From NCBI GenBank assembly GCA_020723005.1, contig DYJS01000004.1, positions 1-40,986 on the forward strand: a stretch of 40,986 bases of DNA. The letters run 5' to 3'. Shown here one piece after another: positions 16,558 through 26,077 of this stretch; position 1 is the first letter of the stretch; each line of letters starts with the position of its first letter. The notes under the pieces are model-generated. The model saw only the letters and a list, made by a program, of their open reading frames with translations, made no database searches and had not been told where the DNA came from. Source of the DNA: Candidatus Methylomirabilis sp. (GTDB lineage: Bacteria > Patescibacteriota > DYJS01). The position numbers and the translations under genes were made by a program.

Positions 16558-19098
16558 CTACTTTTCTTGACCAATCCTCATTCTCTCTTCAATTTCCATC
16601 TCAACCAATTCACGAGGACGACCATATTTTAATTTTGAAAGTTCTTTGATTAGTTGTCCTAATTTTTCATTTCTTGGAGCACGAATCGGCACAGTTTCCA
16701 TTGAAAAAGGCTCTCCATTCTGTCCATCAATCATCAAACGAACAAAAGCATTTCTATTTGGAAGTTGTGAAATATCATTTTTATCAAAAACTTTTGGAAA
16801 AAGTTTTTCAAGTGCTTCAGAATCTTCAATTCCTGTTCTAAAAACACAGACTGTTCCAACATTTCCAAGCACAGCATCTTTAACTTTTTCTGGAAGTTGT
16901 TTGACATACTGATGTCCCATCGTAAGAGAAAGTTTATACTTTCTTGCTTCAGACAAAATCTCTGCAAAACTATCATTTGCAAAATTTTGAAACTCATCTG
17001 CATATAAAAACATTGGGATTCTTGCTTCTTGTCCCATTTTTGCTCTTTGAAATGCTGCTGCTTTTAATTTTGAAACAATAATTTGACCAAGAAGAGAAGA
17101 GTTAAAAACTCCTATTTTTCCTTTTGAAAGGTTACAAATTAAAATTTTTCCATTTTGCATAACATCCATAAAATCAAAACTACTCTTGCTTTGTCCAATA
17201 ATATTTCTCATCTGTGGAGCTGTGATGAAACGACCAAATTTTGAAATTATGTATGAAAGTCTTTCACCTTTAGAATTCCCAGAAGAGTTTTTCATTTCAA
17301 CAAAAAAATAATCACGAACAGAAAAATTTTTTGATTTCTTTGCAATTGCCTCTGCGAATTTTTCATCTGCTTGCATTCTTGGCATCTCAACCAAAGTTCT
17401 TGTCGTGGATTCATCATCCATTAAAGCAAGCATACAATTACGAACAGAATGCTCAAAAATTGGTCCCATAGTTTCTGCATCAAAAAGTTGAAACAAAATA
17501 TTCACAAATTCCTGAGTTAACATATCTTTTTCATCATCATCGTGTGGTTCCATAATGTTTAGACCCATTGGACGAGAAAAATCACCGGGATCAAAATATA
17601 TCACATCTTCTGCCCTCTCTTTTGGAATATAATTTAAAATATCTTCTGCATCTTCTCCGTGTGGATCAAGAAAACAAACTCCGTTTCCTTGCAAAATATC
17701 AGAGATTATCATCTGCTTTTGAAAATAAGTTTTTCCAACACCAGTTTGTCCAATAATATATATATGACGAAAACGATCTTCTTGTTTAATTCTAACATCT
17801 TTTTTTACTCCACGAAAATTTGTAACACCCATCAATGTTCCTTCTGTTGGAAGATTTGGAGGAGCTTGAGCTTTTTTAGAAGGAAGCCAACGAATATCTG
17901 GAACTGTGCAATATTTGTTTGGTAAATGAAAAATTGTCGAAATCTCTTCAGTATTTAAAATACTTCTATCTTCCAAGTTTGTTCCAAGAACTGGAAATTT
18001 TCTTAAAACAAAATCTGTAATCAATTTCGGAGAAGAAGATCTTCGTTTTTTAAATTTATTAAATTCTGGATGTTCAAATTGTGTAAAAACTCCAATCACA
18101 TTTTCTAATCTATGTTTTGCATTTTCTTTGCTTTCACTAACAATTGCAATTCTGATAATTGAATCAAAACCAAGTTTTGTTGTTTTCTCTGCAATCGCCT
18201 TAATTCTTTCTTGATCCATAGGAGTAATCTCTCTTTTTTCTTGTTTTTCTTCTTGTTCTTTCTGAGATCTTTTTTGTTCATTTCTTTGTGCTTGTTCTGG
18301 ACTAACACTATCACCAAAAGAACTAAAAATTTCAGACAATCCATCAGCAACTCCTTTCATAACCTTTTGACCAAAAGTATCTTTTTTCTCTTCTCCTTTT
18401 TGAATTGATTTGATTTTTGCTTTTGCTTGATTTCTCCACTCTTCACTAGAAACTGGCTGAATCAAAATCTGAATCACCCCAGCTTCTGTTCCTTTCATTT
18501 TACTAATTGCAGTTGTTATTGAATTTAAAGGATCATAATCTAAAGTTTTGTAAGTTTTAATTGGAAGCAAGCTATTTTTCTCTGTCACAAGCTCAGCACA
18601 TTCAACAAATCCTTCAGAATCAAAAATTTTATGATCTTCTAAAATCTCTTCAATTGATGCATCAGACCAAACAGAATGAATCTGTCTCTCTAAAAAAGTT
18701 CTATATTTCCTTTGAATTGCAAAATAAAAATATATCTGTTCGTTTTGAGAAACAATCTCCATAGAAAGGGACGGAACCGATTTGCCCATAAATTTTTCAA
18801 ACCAACCAAATTTTTTATACATACTCCAAACATTCGCAAAAAAAGGTTCAACACCACCAAGCATAGTTTTTAAATCTAATCTTTTTTCCTCTTCATTGAT
18901 CACCTCTCTTGGAACTTTAATTCTCAAAATTGAAAGATTTAACGAAGATTCAATGTCTTGTTTTCCAGTTTGAATATTTTTGAAAATTGAAATTCCAAAA
19001 AAAATAATCAAGAAAAAAAGAATGGCAGATAATGTAACATCAATTACATTAAGTTTTAAAATTCCAATAGACCAAAATGTTGTAAAAAATATATTCAT
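16558..19098 (-). CDS. VirD4/TraD/HerA-like (DUF87) membrane-anchored ATPase
   Basis: N-terminal TM; DRFRHIYIIGQTGVGKT (Walker A), LDPHGE, LYADEFQNF (Walker B), LSEARKY and AVLGNVGT. Confidence 0.88.
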   Translation of the reverse strand: MNIFFTTFWSIGILKLNVIDVTLSAILFFLIIFFGISIFKNIQTGKQDIESSLNLSILRIKVPREVINEEEKRLDLKTMLGGVEPFFANVWSMYKKFGWFEKFMGKSVPSLSMEIVSQNEQIYFYFAIQRKYRTFLERQIHSVWSDASIEEILEDHKIFDSEGFVECAELVTEKNSLLPIKTYKTLDYDPLNSITTAISKMKGTEAGVIQILIQPVSSEEWRNQAKAKIKSIQKGEEKKDTFGQKVMKGVADGLSEIFSSFGDSVSPEQAQRNEQKRSQKEQEEKQEKREITPMDQERIKAIAEKTTKLGFDSIIRIAIVSESKENAKHRLENVIGVFTQFEHPEFNKFKKRRSSSPKLITDFVLRKFPVLGTNLEDRSILNTEEISTIFHLPNKYCTVPDIRWLPSKKAQAPPNLPTEGTLMGVTNFRGVKKDVRIKQEDRFRHIYIIGQTGVGKTYFQKQMIISDILQGNGVCFLDPHGEDAEDILNYIPKERAEDVIYFDPGDFSRPMGLNIMEPHDDDEKDMLTQEFVNILFQLFDAETMGPIFEHSVRNCMLALMDDESTTRTLVEMPRMQADEKFAEAIAKKSKNFSVRDYFFVEMKNSSGNSKGERLSYIISKFGRFITAPQMRNIIGQSKSSFDFMDVMQNGKILICNLSKGKIGVFNSSLLGQIIVSKLKAAAFQRAKMGQEARIPMFLYADEFQNFANDSFAEILSEARKYKLSLTMGHQYVKQLPEKVKDAVLGNVGTVCVFRTGIEDSEALEKLFPKVFDKNDISQLPNRNAFVRLMIDGQNGEPFSMETVPIRAPRNEKLGQLIKELSKLKYGRPRELVEMEIEERMRIGQEK

Positions 19099-19155
19099 AA
19101 ATTCTTTTCTTTTCTTTTCTTTTTTCTAAGTCTTTCTTGTAAGATTAAGAAAATT

Positions 19156-19560
19156 TTGCAAATTGTAAAGAAGATATTTTTGTTTTTTTCACTTTTTATA
19201 GCAAATTTTGTAATTCTTAAAAAACCAGATCTTCAAACTGATGTAATAATAATTCCATTTTTAATATTTTTTTATTCTTCCATAAAAAATGATCTCACCA
19301 TTTTTTTGCTCGGATCAATCTTTTTTCTTTTTTTCTATGAAATATCTCCAATCAATCATCAAGAAATTTTTATTATTTTTATATCTCTTCTTTTTCTACA
19401 CTTTGTAAATCTTCAAATTGTAAAAAGTGATTTTATGATTTTTTGGAAAAATTTATCTCCTGCAATCTTTTTTTTATTATCAAATTTATATTTAACTCAT
19501 TTTTTCCCAAATTTTTTAATTTCACTTTTCATATTTATCTCTTTTTTAGATTTTGAATAA
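19156..19560 (+). CDS. Hypothetical small membrane protein
   Basis: 134-aa hydrophobic ORF filling an otherwise empty gap; TTG start; low complexity. Confidence 0.45.
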   Translation: MQIVKKIFLFFSLFIANFVILKKPDLQTDVIIIPFLIFFYSSIKNDLTIFLLGSIFFLFFYEISPINHQEIFIIFISLLFLHFVNLQIVKSDFMIFWKNLSPAIFFLLSNLYLTHFFPNFLISLFIFISFLDFE

Positions 19561-19651
19561 AAAATTTCAATTTTTTATAATTTGCAAAAAAATTTCTAAA
19601 ATAAATTTACTTTTCAAAAAATAATTTTTTAAAAATTGAGAACTTAAAAAT

Positions 19652-21316
19652 CTATTTTATAAAACTTTCCAAACCTTTTCCGTTCAAAATTTTGCTTTGA
19701 AAACCTGCAAAAGTTGGAGAAATCAAAATTTTATCAAAGCTGTTCTCTCTACAAATTTTTTTGGATTTCTCCATTGCATCCAAAAAATTTTCAGCAAATA
19801 AAAAATTTTTATTTGTTGAATTAAAATTTTTCATATTCTCTAAAATTTTTGAAAGTTTAATAGATCCACTCCCAGAAAGAAAAATTACAAAAATTTCAAA
19901 ATCCAAAATCTTTTTTGCTAAACTCTCCAAATTTGCATTTTTTTCATCCCCACCACAAATCAAAAGAGATCTTCCAATCGATTCAATTGCTTTTTCTGTA
20001 GAATCTGGAGTTCTGGAAATCAAATTATTAAAAATTGTTAAAAATCCAGAAATGTGAGAATTTTGAACTTTTTCCAAAGAACAAAAACTTGATTTTAATT
20101 CTTCTGGAGAATAAAAGATATCAAACTCATCAAGATAACCAAAAATTTGCAAACGATTTTCCGGTGGTTTTAAGGTTTTTATCCAATTTGAAATTTTTGA
20201 AAAATCTAACTCCAAAAAAGGAATCGCTGAAGCAATTGTTGCCAAAAGGTTAAGTTGATTAAAAATTCCAACAAGATTTAAATCACAAACACTTCCAATA
20301 ATTTTTTCTTCACCTTGCAGATTTCTCAAAGTAATCATATTTCCATTCAAAAAAACACCCGGAAATTTTTCAAAACGATAATATGAAAAATAGATTTTTT
20401 TTGCAGAAAATTTTTCAAACCTCTCACGAATAAATTTATCGTCAAAATTTAAAACCAAAAAATCATCTTTAGTTTGAAATTTTGCAATATTTTCTTTCCA
20501 CGAAACATAATTTTCAAAAGTTTTTGTTTCGTCCAGATGATCTTCAGAAATGTTTGAAACAACAGCGACATTTGGAGATTTATCTAAAAATTGCAATTTT
20601 CTGTGAGAAAGTTCCAAAACCTCAAAATCAAAGCTATTTTTCAAATTTTGAATTTCTAATTTTGAACTTGATCTATTAAAAAATTTTTTTCCTTGATTTA
20701 GATTAAAATTTTCAAAAATTTTTGGTAGCATCTGCTCACCACCACGATCGTTTCCACTAGACAAAACCTTTTTTCCAAAAGTTTCAAAAAGTGATGTTAT
20801 CCATCTTTTGATTGTTGTTTTTCCATTTGTTCCTGTGATTCCAATGATTGGATTTTTAAAAAATTCAAAATAAAAATCATCAATAATTTTAAATGGAATT
20901 TTCCTATTTTGATTTTCTTCTATAGTTTTGATTTTACTCCTTTGAAGTGTTCTTTTTTGTTTTTCAAAAGATTTATTTTTAAATTCAAAAAATTTATCCC
21001 TTTCAGCATCAATCAATTTTTGATTTTCAGAATAAAGGCGAAAACTTTGCGGAACAACAATCAGATCAGCATTCTCAATTTTAGATAAATAATTTTTTCC
21101 AAGTAAAAGTGTAAATTTTGAAATTTTTTGAAATTTCTCAACCCTCTCCTTTGCAGAAATTCCTGTGTGATATTCATGAAAAGCTCTTTTAAAATCTTCT
21201 CCCTCTCGAAAATCATGAAGAAAGATTTTTGCACCAAGAGATGAAAGAAAAATTGCTGATGCAACTCCTTCTGTTCCTGCTCCAGATACAATATGAATTT
21301 TTTTACCTTTAAACAC
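19652..21316 (-). CDS. murD: MurD-like Mur ligase, divergent, with insertions
   Basis: IGITGTNGKTT, VLELS, NISEDHLD, Y..K.NI, LNFDD, LICGGDEK and ISP; GTG start. Confidence 0.75.
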   Translation of the reverse strand: MFKGKKIHIVSGAGTEGVASAIFLSSLGAKIFLHDFREGEDFKRAFHEYHTGISAKERVEKFQKISKFTLLLGKNYLSKIENADLIVVPQSFRLYSENQKLIDAERDKFFEFKNKSFEKQKRTLQRSKIKTIEENQNRKIPFKIIDDFYFEFFKNPIIGITGTNGKTTIKRWITSLFETFGKKVLSSGNDRGGEQMLPKIFENFNLNQGKKFFNRSSSKLEIQNLKNSFDFEVLELSHRKLQFLDKSPNVAVVSNISEDHLDETKTFENYVSWKENIAKFQTKDDFLVLNFDDKFIRERFEKFSAKKIYFSYYRFEKFPGVFLNGNMITLRNLQGEEKIIGSVCDLNLVGIFNQLNLLATIASAIPFLELDFSKISNWIKTLKPPENRLQIFGYLDEFDIFYSPEELKSSFCSLEKVQNSHISGFLTIFNNLISRTPDSTEKAIESIGRSLLICGGDEKNANLESLAKKILDFEIFVIFLSGSGSIKLSKILENMKNFNSTNKNFLFAENFLDAMEKSKKICRENSFDKILISPTFAGFQSKILNGKGLESFIK

Positions 21317-21633
21317 TTTTTTTATTTAACTATTCTAACAAAAAATCATCCAAATATTTCAATAACAATTCTAATAAAATTAGAAAAATTTTTGTTTTCT
21401 AGGAAAAAATCTATCTACAAAACTGAAATTCCTCTCTAAACAAAAACTAGAGATGTAAATTTAATTATAGAATGGATATTTTTCTTGATATAAAAAATTT
21501 TAATTTTCTTCTTATTTTCCAAAAATTTCACTATTCAAAATTTTTCTAAATCAAAATTTTTAAAATTCTATAAAAATTGCAAAATTCTTGATTTAAAAAA
21601 TTTTTTATTTAGTTGAAAAATGTACGAAAATAT

Positions 21634-21705
21634 TCCGCGGTAGCTCAGTGGTAGAGCAGGTGGCTGTTAACCACTTGGTCGTAGGTTCAAGCCCTACCCG
21701 CGGAG
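21634..21705 (+). tRNA. tRNA-Asn(GTT)
   Basis: Acceptor TCCGCGG/CCGCGGA; anticodon arm GGTGG-CTGTTAA-CCACT; GTTCAA T-loop. Confidence 0.97.
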
Positions 21706-21759
21706 CATCAGTTTTTTTAATTTAAAAATTTTAAATTTTATTTTTGAAATTCTGAATTT

Positions 21760-21834
21760 GGGATCATAGCTCAGCTTGGTTAGAGCGTCTGCCTGTCACG
21801 CAGAAGGTCGCGGGTTCGAGCCCCGTTGGTCCCG
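21760..21834 (+). tRNA. tRNA-Asp(GTC)
   Basis: Acceptor GGGATCA/TGGTCCC; anticodon arm TCTGC-CTGTCAC-GCAGA. Confidence 0.97.
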
Positions 21835-22007
21835 CAAAATTTTTGAACTTAAACTCATAAAATTTTAATTTTAATTCTGTTGTAAGAAAATTTTTAAAAA
21901 ACATACAAACACCTTAAGAAACTAAATAAAATTAAAATTTTGCAACCTATAGATTTTAAATTCAAAAAATAAGAGAGCGATTTTGTAATTTCTTAAAGCT
22001 TTAATTT

Positions 22008-22631
22008 TTAAAAAATCTCTTCAAGCTCCAAAAGCGATTTTATTTTTGTTCCAGAAAAATTTTTATCTTCAGCTCTGTCAATTAAAATTGGAAACAGATT
22101 TTTTGTTTTTTGCAGAGCTTCACAAACATTAATTCTGTCATCAATTACAATGTAATTTCCAGAAATTTTATCCAAATTTTTTAAATCAAGTTTTCTTCTA
22201 AAAATAAAGATTTTTGATTTGTCAAAAAATCTATAAATTCCAGTTTTCTTCAGTTTATCAAGTTGAAAATACTTAAAACCTTCAGAAAAAATTCCAAAAT
22301 TTTTAAATTTTTTAAGTTTCAAAAAATCTTCATAAATATAGCTTTTATTAAAAATATCGTCCCTTACTTTTTTAAGAAACAAGAACTCTTTATCAAATTT
22401 TTTTGATAAAATTTTTAAAAAAGTGTTTGAATTAAAATCAGAACTACTTTTTAAAGAGCTAACATAATTTTTCTCTTCCAAATTTATATTTTCAAAGCTT
22501 GTTTTTAGAATTTTTGAAAGTTTTTCGTTTATATCTTTTGCAAACCTATTTCTATCAAAAATCGTTAAATCAATATCAAATAAAATCCCATCTAACTTTT
22601 TAAATAGAATTTTTCGTCTTAAAGTTTTCAA
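22008..22631 (-). CDS. HAD-superfamily hydrolase
   Basis: LFDIDLT (motif I), GIFSEG and VIDDR. Confidence 0.85.
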   Translation of the reverse strand: MKTLRRKILFKKLDGILFDIDLTIFDRNRFAKDINEKLSKILKTSFENINLEEKNYVSSLKSSSDFNSNTFLKILSKKFDKEFLFLKKVRDDIFNKSYIYEDFLKLKKFKNFGIFSEGFKYFQLDKLKKTGIYRFFDKSKIFIFRRKLDLKNLDKISGNYIVIDDRINVCEALQKTKNLFPILIDRAEDKNFSGTKIKSLLELEEIF

Positions 22632-22656
22632 GCCAGAAAAATTTATTTTAAGAATA

Positions 22657-23772
22657 TTATTTCTCTTCTCTTTCTTCCTCTTCTAAATCTAAAAGTGGAG
22701 TGAGAAGATCTGCTTTGCCAGAAAGATTTCCACTTTCGTCAATAGTTTCAACATTAAGCTCAACTCCACACAAAATTCCAGCCAAACGAATATTTTGACC
22801 ACCTCGTCCAATTGTGAGTGCTAACTGACTTTCTGGAACAAAAATTTTTGCAGAGAATTTATCTTCAGAGATCTCTATTTTTGAAACTTTGGCAGGAGAA
22901 AGTGCATTTCTAATGTAATCTTCCAAAGATTCAGAAAACAAAACTAAATCTAATTTTTCTTCACCTAATTCATCACTAACAGCACGAACACGAACTCCTC
23001 TTTGACCAACAAAAGTTCCAACAGGATCAATTCCTTCTTGAAGAGAACGAACAGAAACCTTTGTTCTTCTTCCAGGCTCTCTTGCAATTTTCACAATTTC
23101 TACAGATTTTTCTGAAAGTTCTGGAACTTCTAGCTCAAAAAGTTTTTGAATAAAATCAGTGCTACTTCTAGTCACAACTATTTGTTCTCCAGAACCACTT
23201 GCTTCAAGATCAATTTTTTCAATTAAAAATCTAAGTCTTTGACCTGTATAGTATCTCTCTCCTTTGATTTGGCCTTCATATTTTAAAATACATTGTCCTT
23301 GATCTAAGGTGATAATTACTCCCTTTCTATCAACTTCATAAACAACTCCGCTCATAATCTCTCCTACTTTGTCTTGATATGCAAGTGCAACAAGTTCTCT
23401 TTCTGCTTCGTGAAGTTTTTGCTCAATAACCTGTTTTGCAACCTGACTCGCAACTCGTCCGTATCCTGCTTCTGGTGTTTCTTCAACACGAATAAAATCT
23501 CCAAGTTTTGCATTTGAAGAAATTGCTTTTGCAAGTATCAAAGGAATTTCAACATTCTCATCTTCTGGAAAATTTACAACTTTTTTAAAAACAAAAACTC
23601 TAAAAATTTTTGTTTTTTCATCAATTTCAACCTCAACCTTTTGATTGACAGAACCATAATCTTTTCTAAAAGCTGCCGCAATTCCTTCACGAACTGCATT
23701 TTCAACCTTTTCTTTTGGCAAACCTTTCTCGAGTGCCATCTGCTCAATGATTTCTAAAAAATTATCCTGCAT
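22657..23772 (-). CDS. nusA: Transcription termination factor NusA
   Basis: GRVASQVAKQVI, LFELEVPE, AREPGRRTK, VGQRGVRV and IGRGGQNIRLA. Confidence 0.97.
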   Translation of the reverse strand: MQDNFLEIIEQMALEKGLPKEKVENAVREGIAAAFRKDYGSVNQKVEVEIDEKTKIFRVFVFKKVVNFPEDENVEIPLILAKAISSNAKLGDFIRVEETPEAGYGRVASQVAKQVIEQKLHEAERELVALAYQDKVGEIMSGVVYEVDRKGVIITLDQGQCILKYEGQIKGERYYTGQRLRFLIEKIDLEASGSGEQIVVTRSSTDFIQKLFELEVPELSEKSVEIVKIAREPGRRTKVSVRSLQEGIDPVGTFVGQRGVRVRAVSDELGEEKLDLVLFSESLEDYIRNALSPAKVSKIEISEDKFSAKIFVPESQLALTIGRGGQNIRLAGILCGVELNVETIDESGNLSGKADLLTPLLDLEEEEREEK

Positions 23773-23827
23773 TATTTTAAATTATTTAATTGGAAACTAA
23801 AAATTTAAGCTTTTTTGGCAAGTGATT

Positions 23828-25330
23828 TTATTTTTTATCTAATTTATCTTTTTTTATAACTTTAGATTTTTTAACATTTTTTTCGATTATATCTTTCTTC
23901 TCTTTATTTTTGTTGGAAACTTTTTCACTTTTATCAATTTTTTTATCTTTCTCTTCCTTTTTCACAATCTCTTTCTTGCTTGAAATTTTTATTTTTTTAT
24001 CTTCCTGCTTTTTTTCGAAAACTTCCTCTTCTTTTCCTCTCTCAGAACTCTCTTTTTCTAAAGTATTATCATTATGAAAATTCTTAATTTCTTTATCTTC
24101 TTCTAAAACATCATCCATAAAAACAATGGAGGAAGAATCGTCTTTTGTTTTTTTCTTTTTTTGAATAAAATTATTTTTTTGAACAATAAGCTGAAACCAA
24201 ATAACAAGAATTACAACCGAAACTAAAAATGTGTATGGTGTGATTGAAAAAATTTTAGAAGCAAAATCTTCAGAATTATAATTTTTTAAAACTTCAACTA
24301 CTTTTGGTGTTGAAATTGAAAATGTAAAAAATATAAAAGGTGATTGAAAAACCCAACCTATCAATTTCAAAAATCCTCTTTTTACTTTTGTTTGCCAAAA
24401 AATCATCAAAAAGAAAACGATCATTTGGCCATAAAAATTTTTTATAAATCCATAATAAAAAAGTGTTTTTGGAAATTTTAAAATCTCTTTAATTGTAATT
24501 TTTTCCGTTCCAATAAAATCTGATTTTGAAGATTTAAAAAATATATTTTCAGATTCATCTGCATAAAATTTTCCTTCAAATTTTTGAACCCAAACTTCTG
24601 AAGTGCTGATTTTTTTTGAAGTGTTAGAAAATTCAGATGAATTAAATAAATCTGAAAATGTATTAATAAAATTTTTATCTTGAGCATCTAAAAAATTATC
24701 TGAAACTGAAATAATTACTGAATTTATGTAATCATTTGAATTGTCTGAAAATCTTTCAATTCCAAAATTTACATATTCTTGTGATAAAACTTTTGGAAGT
24801 TCAATTTTTATCAAACCATCATTTTCACCATTATTAGAATATTCTCCTACAAAAATTTTTTCTCCATCTTGAATTTTCATTTTTAATACAGAAGAAAAAT
24901 TCTCATTTTCAATTTTTTTATCTTCAAAAAATTTTTCAACTTCTTCGTTTGTTGACAGAACAAATTGATTTGTTCTCATAGATATTTTTGAATTTTCTTT
25001 CTTTGAAACTGAAAAACCGGTTGGAAAAGATTTAATGATTTTATTTATATTGAAATTTTCTTTTTCTTGAATTTTAGATTCAAATTTTGAAAATAAATTT
25101 GTTTCTGTTGTTGAGAATTCTGATTTATAGGTTGTAAAAACAAAAAAATCACCATAAAATTTTTCATCAAAATATACAAATTCTGAAACTGAATTTTCTA
25201 TTTTATTTATCAAAACTTCATTTTTTTTAGGGGAAAAAACTTTATCTTCATTCATTGCAACACTTGATGCAAAAACTTTGTTTGAACTAACAAGAAAAAA
25301 AATCCCAAAAAAAATAAATAATTTTTTCAT
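23828..25330 (-). CDS. Hypothetical membrane protein: signal peptide, extracellular domain, about 3 TM segments, K/E-rich tail
   Basis: N-terminal signal ending VFA-S, hydrophobic segments near aa 300-385, charged C-terminus. Confidence 0.75.
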   Translation of the reverse strand: MKKLFIFFGIFFLVSSNKVFASSVAMNEDKVFSPKKNEVLINKIENSVSEFVYFDEKFYGDFFVFTTYKSEFSTTETNLFSKFESKIQEKENFNINKIIKSFPTGFSVSKKENSKISMRTNQFVLSTNEEVEKFFEDKKIENENFSSVLKMKIQDGEKIFVGEYSNNGENDGLIKIELPKVLSQEYVNFGIERFSDNSNDYINSVIISVSDNFLDAQDKNFINTFSDLFNSSEFSNTSKKISTSEVWVQKFEGKFYADESENIFFKSSKSDFIGTEKITIKEILKFPKTLFYYGFIKNFYGQMIVFFLMIFWQTKVKRGFLKLIGWVFQSPFIFFTFSISTPKVVEVLKNYNSEDFASKIFSITPYTFLVSVVILVIWFQLIVQKNNFIQKKKKTKDDSSSIVFMDDVLEEDKEIKNFHNDNTLEKESSERGKEEEVFEKKQEDKKIKISSKKEIVKKEEKDKKIDKSEKVSNKNKEKKDIIEKNVKKSKVIKKDKLDKK

Positions 25331-25352
25331 TGTAAAAATTTAAAAATCTTTG

Positions 25353-25425
25353 AGCCAAGATGGAGAATCGAACTCCAGACCCAATGCTTACGAAGCACTT
25401 GCTCTACCAACTGAGCTATCTCGGC
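25353..25425 (-). tRNA. tRNA-Thr(CGT)
   Basis: Acceptor GCCGAGA/TCTTGGC; anticodon arm AGTGC-TTCGTAA-GCATT. Confidence 0.95.
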
Positions 25426-25633
25426 TTCATCAATTCAATAAACTCTCTAAAACTTTACAATAAAAAATACAAGAAAGTTAGAATTTTTTATTAAATTGAA
25501 AAATAAAACTATTAAAAAATTATAATTTTTGTAAAAAAATTTAAGAAAATTTAATCTTTCAAAAACTTTTTTTAAATTAAAATTGTTTTTATTTAAATTT
25601 TTCTATAGTTTATTTTTGAATTTCTAATCAAGT

Positions 25634-26077
25634 ATGGAAGAGGAAACATTTGGCATAATTCCAGTTTTTATTGATAAAAATATACCATATTTTTTGATTG
25701 TAAAATTAATTGCGGGGCATTGGGCTTTTTCAAAAGGTCATATAGAGGAAGGAGAAACAGAAATTCAAGCCGGAAAAAGAGAACTTTTTGAAGAAGTTGG
25801 AATAAAAAAATGCAAAGTTTTAAATAAAATTTTCTTTAAAGAAAGTTTTTCTTACAAAAAACAAGGATCTTTTATCACAAAAAATGTAAAATACTTTCTA
25901 GGTTTTGTTAAAAATAAAAATGTAAAAATAGATGGCAGAGAAGTTGTTGATTTTGAATGGCTAACGTTTAGAGATGCATTAAAAAGAATAACATTTTCTC
26001 AAGCAAAAAATGTTCTAAAAGAGGTAAACAAATTTTTAAAATTAAACAAAACAGAGATTTTTAAAAATGAAAAATAA
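25634..26077 (+). CDS. NUDIX hydrolase (Ap4A hydrolase-like)
   Basis: HWAFSKGHIEEGETEIQAGKRELFEEVG Nudix box; KNVKYFL. Confidence 0.9.
   Translation: MEEETFGIIPVFIDKNIPYFLIVKLIAGHWAFSKGHIEEGETEIQAGKRELFEEVGIKKCKVLNKIFFKESFSYKKQGSFITKNVKYFLGFVKNKNVKIDGREVVDFEWLTFRDALKRITFSQAKNVLKEVNKFLKLNKTEIFKNEK

Noticed and set aside
16558-19098. Conjugative element or ICE around the VirD4-like ATPase
   Set aside because: No relaxase, integrase, virB genes or att repeats; flanks are housekeeping genes.
25634-26077. NUDIX hydrolase as a cOA-degrading partner of the type III system
   Set aside because: It lies about 16 kb from the cas locus, is coupled to a DUF4012-like gene, and looks like an ordinary Ap4A hydrolase.
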